This document shows positions 7,468 to 12,630 of a stretch of DNA of 12,630 bases, piece after piece. Position 1 is the stretch's first letter; every line of letters begins with the position of its first letter. Made by a program: the position numbers and the translations under genes. The notes beneath the pieces are model-generated. The model did no database searches, was not told where the DNA came from, and saw only the letters and a program-made list of their open reading frames with translations. The DNA comes from Candidatus Hodarchaeota archaeon (GTDB lineage: Archaea > Asgardarchaeota > Heimdallarchaeia > Hodarchaeales > Hodarchaeaceae), in the NCBI GenBank assembly GCA_016839785.1, contig JAEOTQ010000246.1, positions 1 through 12,630 on the forward strand, given 5' to 3'.

Positions 7468-9030
7468 TCACTTCTTCCGTCTAAAGTAGATTAAGATTCC
7501 AAAAGTTGGAATCAATAGAAAAAGACTCCAAAATGAAGATAAATTATCAGTGCGAGAAAAGCTGGATTGACTAGTAGTTTCTGTGGTTGCTGTTGATTTT
7601 GTAAAATAAGATGAATATTCGCTAGTATGATCATGACTCTGACTATAGGAACTTCGAGAAGTATGAGTGATAGTACTAGTCGTAGGATAAGAAGAATCAG
7701 TTATAGTACAATTGAATAAGGGGAAAAGATCTGTATTGTTTGCCTGGCCATCTATTAGATAAGGCTGATCAACAAATCCATCTCCATCAACATCTGGTTT
7801 ACACCAATCACTCCACTGATTCTGAGTGAAATTATTCGAACTCACTCCTTTATAGTCATCATATGCTTGTGATGATTCAAATGGACTATTATTAAGAAAT
7901 TTATTCCATTGGATTTGGTTTGCAACAGCGCTTTCAAGATATAAGCCATAATAGCCGTTATCAATAAATGTATTATTCTCAATAGCGCCGAAATGAGATG
8001 ATTTAAGATGTAATCCGTTTTGAGTATTTGTCAAAAGGGAGTTTTGTAGGATGATATTTCGATGTCCAGACGTGATAATTATCCCTATCTCGTTGTTATT
8101 AACCGTATTATTGTGGATGAAACTGTCACTCAAGCCACAGGAAATCCCATGTTGAGAATTATTATGAATAAGATTGTGTGAGATGTTAATATAATCTCCC
8201 CAGATTTGGATACCAGCTCCACCAAATTCACGAATATTATCGAAAATATGGTTATATGATATAGTAGAATTAAATAAATCACCCCAGATTCCACATCCAT
8301 ACCCTGAAATTTGATTTTCGACAATTGTTGCATATGGGACATCGTTCAATTGAACACCATAACCATAATTATCAGTACAATGTATTGTATTATTGATCAT
8401 CTTGATATACTCAGGATAATCAACAATATTAAGGGATTTGAAGTATAGGGCATTTAGTGACACCCCAGTCTTACTCGTGGTAATTGTATTATTGGCTATC
8501 AACACATAATCAGACCGGTCTATATTTATTCTACCATCAATTAATTCATTCGATATAAGAGAACCATTCCCTCCGCATGTCAAGTAGACTCCTGATTCAA
8601 ACAAAGTGCAATTGAAAATGGTAAAATGGCTAGTATTAGTGAAGCCAATTCCTCCAGTTATCAATAAACAGTTAATTATCTTGAAATGAACAGATGTGTA
8701 TCTAATACCAATTGCGGACCCGCTACTAGTTTGAATTCTTAAGTTTTCGATGATGTATGGGTTTGAGGCAGTCCCATTACCAGACCAACCTTCCAAATAT
8801 GCTGTGTCATTAAAAGCGGTATCACTTGAAATGGAAATAGGATCATGTAGATCGTAATGTGTTGTCATTAATTCAAAAACTGGACCACTAAACGCTTCTT
8901 TCTTAGTTATTTCATTATTATTATAATCAAAGATTGCACCAAAATTTTTGTTTAAATTCCAAAAAAGTAAACAAATCACTAAAATCAGAATTGTAAAAAT
9001 CGATGCTCTCCTTTCCATCCTTGTTCTCAC
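7468..9030 (-). CDS. Membrane-anchored NosD/pectin lyase-like beta-helix surface protein, 520 aa
   Basis: HDPISI...WSGNGTASNPYIIENL cap, beta-helix repeats, NQWSDW..PDVDGDGFVDQPY.IDG...DLFPL end, Ser/Thr linker, TM and RRKK. Same architecture as 901..4188. Confidence 0.9.
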   Translation of the reverse strand: MRTRMERRASIFTILILVICLLFWNLNKNFGAIFDYNNNEITKKEAFSGPVFELMTTHYDLHDPISISSDTAFNDTAYLEGWSGNGTASNPYIIENLRIQTSSGSAIGIRYTSVHFKIINCLLITGGIGFTNTSHFTIFNCTLFESGVYLTCGGNGSLISNELIDGRINIDRSDYVLIANNTITTSKTGVSLNALYFKSLNIVDYPEYIKMINNTIHCTDNYGYGVQLNDVPYATIVENQISGYGCGIWGDLFNSTISYNHIFDNIREFGGAGIQIWGDYINISHNLIHNNSQHGISCGLSDSFIHNNTVNNNEIGIIITSGHRNIILQNSLLTNTQNGLHLKSSHFGAIENNTFIDNGYYGLYLESAVANQIQWNKFLNNSPFESSQAYDDYKGVSSNNFTQNQWSDWCKPDVDGDGFVDQPYLIDGQANNTDLFPLFNCTITDSSYPTTSTITHTSRSSYSQSHDHTSEYSSYFTKSTATTETTSQSSFSRTDNLSSFWSLFLLIPTFGILIYFRRKK

Positions 9031-9114
9031 CCAAAGTGGATGCTTTTAGAATTTTAACGGGATTTAAAAATCTTTCATTTTTAGATTCATGGTGATGTTC
9101 AGAATTTAATAGCT

Positions 9115-9495
9115 ATGCAAAACAGAATTGTATCTTTGCCTGACAGTCCATTGACACATTCAGGCTCCGTCCTCATTGACTCACCACGGATCGGGCCACC
9201 ACATGAGCAAGTCGTCCCCAGGGACGTGAAAACACACACAGGGGAAACTGAACCAGAAAACTGGAATGTCTTACGCAAAGATTCTCCAGAACAAGAAGGA
9301 GTGACAACAATGTCATCCAATACTACTCCCCCTTACAAGGGGTTTAAATGGGAGTTCCCCCGAATGAACTACATTCGGGAGAATCCCGAAAAACTTCTCA
9401 AGACTAATATCTTGAGATACCTCTGCATCGCTGCAGAGCTCGATATTATTGCTAATATCGAGAAATACCTCGTTGAGGTATTTGAGACCCTTTGA
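9115..9495 (+). CDS. Hypothetical protein whose N-terminal half is homologous to the N-terminus of the 608 aa LAGLIDADG-like protein; possible remnant
   Basis: SPRIGPPHEQVVPRDVKTHTG vs SPRIGPDREQSYPREVKTTEG; exact 19 bp match ctcaccacggatcgggcca at 9180-9198 and 10585-10603; followed by a pyrimidine tract (about 9530-9553). Confidence 0.55.
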   Translation: MQNRIVSLPDSPLTHSGSVLIDSPRIGPPHEQVVPRDVKTHTGETEPENWNVLRKDSPEQEGVTTMSSNTTPPYKGFKWEFPRMNYIRENPEKLLKTNILRYLCIAAELDIIANIEKYLVEVFETL

Positions 9496-9587
9496 CTGGA
9501 GAGTCTGTGTGGCAACAGCTTTTCTCCAATCATTCCCCTTCTCTTTTTCTTTTAACCACCTAAAAAAATAAAACACTTACTTAGAAG

Positions 9588-10085
9588 TTAAGTACTCCCT
9601 TTAATCGTTTCTTTTACATCCTTTGTTGGAAAATTCTCCATATTCCCTTCCGTAATCCTGTGAATCCAAGGCATAATTGCCATGATCTCACCAGTGGGAC
9701 TTTTAACTAGCATAAATGGAAGACGTCGGTCAATAGCACTCGAATACAAATCTTTGTATTCTTTATACTGATCGTTTGAGACAAGAAAAGCATCAAGTTG
9801 TGTAGCTAATTCTAAGATGAAACGATCACTATCGGTGTTTGGAGGAGTCTCAAGAACCTCTCGTTTAGAAATTGATGCTTTTAAGCTCTGAGGGTCATCA
9901 ATACGATACTTCAACATTGATGAGACTACAGGAAAAACTGATCCGAGTTGTTGAAGTCTTTGGATGACAACCAATAGACCTTGAAGTTCCGCGTTCCGCG
10001 CCTTCTTACGAAAAAAAGCTACATTATTGCCATCGATAACGAAATGCATGTCGAACACTTGGATTGAAGTTGTAGATTTCACCAA
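9588..10085 (-). CDS. NYN/Zc3h12a-like PIN-fold ribonuclease
   Basis: FVIDGNNVA, TPPNTDSDRFILELA and LVSNDQYKEY motifs supply the conserved acidic residues of the family. The true start may be ATG at 10049. Confidence 0.85.
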   Translation of the reverse strand: MVKSTTSIQVFDMHFVIDGNNVAFFRKKARNAELQGLLVVIQRLQQLGSVFPVVSSMLKYRIDDPQSLKASISKREVLETPPNTDSDRFILELATQLDAFLVSNDQYKEYKDLYSSAIDRRLPFMLVKSPTGEIMAIMPWIHRITEGNMENFPTKDVKETIKGST

Positions 10086-10110
10086 ATATCGTCAGTCGAA
10101 GTTTCACTCA

Positions 10111-10120
10111 TTATATATAC
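10111..10120 (-). promoter_or_regulatory. Candidate TATA box for the NYN gene
   Basis: GTATATATAA on the minus strand about 26-35 nt upstream of the 10085 start. Confidence 0.35.
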
Positions 10121-10370
10121 AAATTCATTCATAAACTCCCATAAATTAATGGAATTGCTTCTCGAGTATAAAAGGGACACAGGGAATCAAAGGTAGAATT
10201 TCAAATCCAGAAATTCAGGTGTTTGATCTTTAGTGAGAGCGTTCTAAACAGAAGGCCACAACTTATCGAAGATTGAAACGGAAGTCTAAGTAAGAAGACT
10301 CTCCACACCGCCCCCTTACTTGATAGTGGTAGGGGTAACAAATAAAAAAACTATAAGCCTTCTCATTACG

Positions 10371-10379
10371 AGGAGGTGA
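10371..10379 (+). promoter_or_regulatory. Shine-Dalgarno site AGGAGGTGA of the 608 aa gene
   Basis: Consensus archaeal SD 8 nt upstream of ATG 10388. Confidence 0.75.
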
Positions 10380-10387
10380 CATAAAAT

Positions 10388-12214
10388 ATGGCAGTTGAAG
10401 TGCTCCAAGAGACACATTGTCTTGATACACTCATTGAAATCCATCAGGTGGATGTAGCTGAGTGTGTAGAGCACTCAGCTGCCCTACTTCCCGAAAGAGG
10501 TTTCTCAGAAGCCTCTCGCACTCTCTTAACGGAGTGCCCCCAAATGGGAAACGCGCAACGACGCATCCCGTTTGGGCTCACAGGCTCACCACGGATCGGG
10601 CCAGATCGTGAGCAAAGCTATCCAAGGGAAGTAAAAACCACTGAAGGGAAGAAGTTAGTAGACGACAACCGTGTGACTCCAGAGCACCTCAACTGGTTTG
10701 AGGTGTTACAAGTGAGAAAAAATGAAAAAAAACCCGATCAGGAGCTGCCCCCACTCCCAGATCGAGCGATTAAGGGCCTCAAGAGGCCTTGGGTGTCTCC
10801 CAACGGTGAACCGTTTCATACGGTGAGTCTGTGGGAGTTTGAAAATCTATACGTCTTATTGGGTGAAAAAGATTGGAAAAGCCTTTCAATGTTCTTGAAA
10901 AGCATGAACCTTTCGGTGTTGTCCCGTCAGCTTAAGATAGGACAAAAAACCCTCAGATGTATCCGCGACAATCGTAACCAATCGATAGTGGTGCCTAACC
11001 TCTGCAAACTCTGTGAAGAAGCAGAGTTAGACCTCGAATCAGTCGAAAGAATGATAAGAGGAGTACGATTCAATAAATCGGGAGAAATTGAAAAAATCCT
11101 TTTCCCCTTCGTCATGGACATCTACGCTTGGCGGGCTTTGTGTCATATTGCTGGTGATGGTAATATCCATAAACGGAAATTCCCTGATCTTCGATGGATC
11201 CAAGCTCGAGAGAACCAAGTTCCAATGCGTGATCTTCTCAAACGCCTGAGTCGGCCAACAGGTGGCGAGAGTATCTACATCAATTATCCCAAGGCGTTAT
11301 CCTACGCTATCATGGGAACCATTCCTGGAATGACGTTGAGTGACCTCCGATCCCCAAAATTTATACAATTTGTCATCGATCTTCCACCCACATATCGTGA
11401 TTGGAAGATACAATTCCTTGCTGCATTCATCATTGATGATGGTTGTGTGAGTGGTGATATTTCCTTCAATCAGAAGGACAGAACCATTCTTGAAAAAGTA
11501 ATGAGTTTATGTGACCAATTAGGATATGATCATTCACCATATCCACCAAAAAGACAACAGCGTGATGGAATGCATGATTTTCAACTTCGATCAAAAGGTT
11601 ACCGAAATTTTTACAATGATCTCAATGACCTTCTTTCACGTTATGCTAAAGATTCCATCTTAAGTCTCTGGCATAAGTACCCCAAATTGCAAAATCTCGT
11701 TGATAGAATCTCTGATAAACGTCTGGAGGAGAATCAACGATCTATAGTTGTCTATGAAACGATCCTCACAATATTAGGAGATCATCAAATTCGAAGTAGT
11801 AAACAACTTCGTGAACATCCCAAACTACAACCACTTGTTGAGAATTACTCCTCTAAGATTTTCAGAGATCGTTTGCGATGGTTGATAACTCATGACCTCA
11901 TTCAAGAAGTCAAAAAAACCAACGGTGGTTCCTATCGACCAAAACGCTTGATCATTCCTTCCTCCCATGATCTCGAAACTCTAATTCAGGAGTTTCATAC
12001 CTTATATGGCGATCGTGCTCATTCTCAATCCTATAAACGTCAATTTGTCACTGTAGAGATGGCCAACAAAGCCAAGGCACGTCTAATCTCTCGTGGTGTT
12101 AAACCAAACCCTACGAATACCGCTCGTGAAGGAGGTTTCTCTAGGAAGCTTTTCTATGAACGAGCTGATCTACGTGCCTTATTTGAGGATGATATTGAGG
12201 AATTTGAGGAATAG
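10388..12214 (+). CDS. Free-standing double-motif LAGLIDADG (homing endonuclease-like) protein with HTH-like domains, 608 aa
   Basis: Motif 1 AWRALCHIAGDG (11126-11161) and motif 2 FLAAFIIDDG (11414-11443) are about 94 aa apart and each is followed by strand-like segments (LRWIQ; ISFNQKDRTILEKV..LGY). Upstream XRE-like HTH (LSVLSRQLKIGQKTL...NLCKLC); downstream wHTH-like segment and terminal HTH-like segment (PTNTAREGGFSRKLFY). No intein splice motifs seen. Assigned by eye. Confidence 0.7.
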   Translation: MAVEVLQETHCLDTLIEIHQVDVAECVEHSAALLPERGFSEASRTLLTECPQMGNAQRRIPFGLTGSPRIGPDREQSYPREVKTTEGKKLVDDNRVTPEHLNWFEVLQVRKNEKKPDQELPPLPDRAIKGLKRPWVSPNGEPFHTVSLWEFENLYVLLGEKDWKSLSMFLKSMNLSVLSRQLKIGQKTLRCIRDNRNQSIVVPNLCKLCEEAELDLESVERMIRGVRFNKSGEIEKILFPFVMDIYAWRALCHIAGDGNIHKRKFPDLRWIQARENQVPMRDLLKRLSRPTGGESIYINYPKALSYAIMGTIPGMTLSDLRSPKFIQFVIDLPPTYRDWKIQFLAAFIIDDGCVSGDISFNQKDRTILEKVMSLCDQLGYDHSPYPPKRQQRDGMHDFQLRSKGYRNFYNDLNDLLSRYAKDSILSLWHKYPKLQNLVDRISDKRLEENQRSIVVYETILTILGDHQIRSSKQLREHPKLQPLVENYSSKIFRDRLRWLITHDLIQEVKKTNGGSYRPKRLIIPSSHDLETLIQEFHTLYGDRAHSQSYKRQFVTVEMANKAKARLISRGVKPNPTNTAREGGFSRKLFYERADLRALFEDDIEEFEE

Positions 12215-12223
12215 AAGGAAAAT

Positions 12224-12253
12224 CTCCCCTTTTTTCCCTTCCCCTCTTTTTTT
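12224..12253 (+). terminator. Pyrimidine-rich/oligo-T terminator
   Basis: ctccccttttttcccttcccctcttttttt just after the stop at 12214. Confidence 0.55.
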
Positions 12254-12291
12254 GACAGGACTTTGTATAGATCTAAATTGCTTCTTTTAAT

Positions 12292-12423
12292 AAAAAAACT
12301 TGATAACTCCCTCACTCCGAATTTATATTTACTATATGCGTCTGATGTATTTTGTTAAACAGTGATCTCTATACTAAGCTTTCTGACCAATTCCTTGTAC
12401 CTGTTTCTCACGGTGACTTCGGT
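12292..12423 (-). repeat. tfb 3'-end repeat R0: the currently functional tail + UTR + T7 tract
   Basis: ACC GAA GTC ACC GTG AGA AAC AGG TAC AAG GAA TTG GTC AGA AAG CTT AGT ATA GAG ATC ACT GTT TAA. The UTR retains aactccctc..ccgaattt seen in R1-R3; T-tract at 12292-12298 (minus strand). Confidence 0.9.
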
Positions 12424-12630
12424 AACGTGAGCCACTTCTGAGATTTCTCGTTGTGTCCGCCGTTCTCCATTGATTATTCCTGAGATATAGATTGCCGCTG
12501 CTGCTAACCCGGTCGGATCTTTCCCTGCTGTCAGTCCTGCCGCTTTCGCCCGTTTTAGTATTGATGCTGCTTTCCGTTGGCATACTCCTGACAGGCGTAG
12601 TTCTGTCCCGAACCGCACTAGATAATCGAT
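12355..12630 (-). CDS. tfb: Transcription initiation factor IIB (archaeal TFB), C-terminal cyclin repeat; 5'-truncated by window
   Basis: Frame open to the window edge: [14 protein letters not shown]...[18 protein letters not shown]...[25 protein letters not shown], the canonical TFIIB second repeat with its BRE-binding HTH. Confidence 0.97.
   Translation of the reverse strand: MDYLVRFGTELRLSGVCQRKAASILKRAKAAGLTAGKDPTGLAAAAIYISGIINGERRTQREISEVAHVTEVTVRNRYKELVRKLSIEITV

Larger units (their letters stand above)
5103..12423. mobile_element. Putative inserted unit A (7321 bp): current tfb tail + LAGLIDADG-like gene + NYN RNase + small ORF + two surface proteins
   Basis: Bounded by the R3 junction and the equivalent Thr codon within tfb. 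It is the only unit with a candidate DNA-acting enzyme. Mobility is inferred. Confidence 0.6.

Noticed and set aside
10099-10121. Similarity aagtt..ttatatataca to 5109-5131 as another unit end
   Set aside because: Only 17/23 matches, mostly in a low-complexity TA run, and no tfb tail is adjacent; more simply a TATA box.
10388-12214. LAGLIDADG domain as part of an intein or intron in tfb
   Set aside because: The gene is on the opposite strand, outside the tfb CDS, has its own SD and terminator, and shows no Hint splice motifs.
8130-12583. Short overlapping ORFs (8130-8342, 9099-9320, 9313-9576, 10927-11121, 12093-12290, 12374-12583)
   Set aside because: They overlap better-supported genes in other frames or strands and have no recognisable motifs.

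Overview
Archaeal DNA, probably Asgard (Heimdallarchaeia/Hodarchaeales-like; an inference from the CTERM-anchored surface proteins and general style). The window ends inside a transcription initiation factor IIB gene (tfb, minus strand, partial). The last 22 codons of tfb ([22 protein letters not shown]) plus about 60 nt of 3'UTR and T-tract recur three more times downstream as orphan direct repeats (716-784, 4436-4504, 5034-5105). All four copies encode the identical peptide although they differ pairwise by 4-11 of 69 nt, every difference synonymous. The repeats divide the region into tandem units of 7321, 598 and 3720 bp, plus one unit running off the window. The units mostly carry membrane-anchored surface proteins (NosD/pectin-lyase beta-helix, SBBP beta-propeller), plus a muconolactone-isomerase-like protein and a NYN/PIN RNase. 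The tfb-proximal unit encodes a free-standing double-motif LAGLIDADG-like protein with several HTH-like domains. My interpretation (inference) is a cassette-accretion system that repeatedly inserts into the 3' end of tfb and replaces it with a recoded tail. It may be driven by a homing-endonuclease-like protein, since no integrase is visible in the window.
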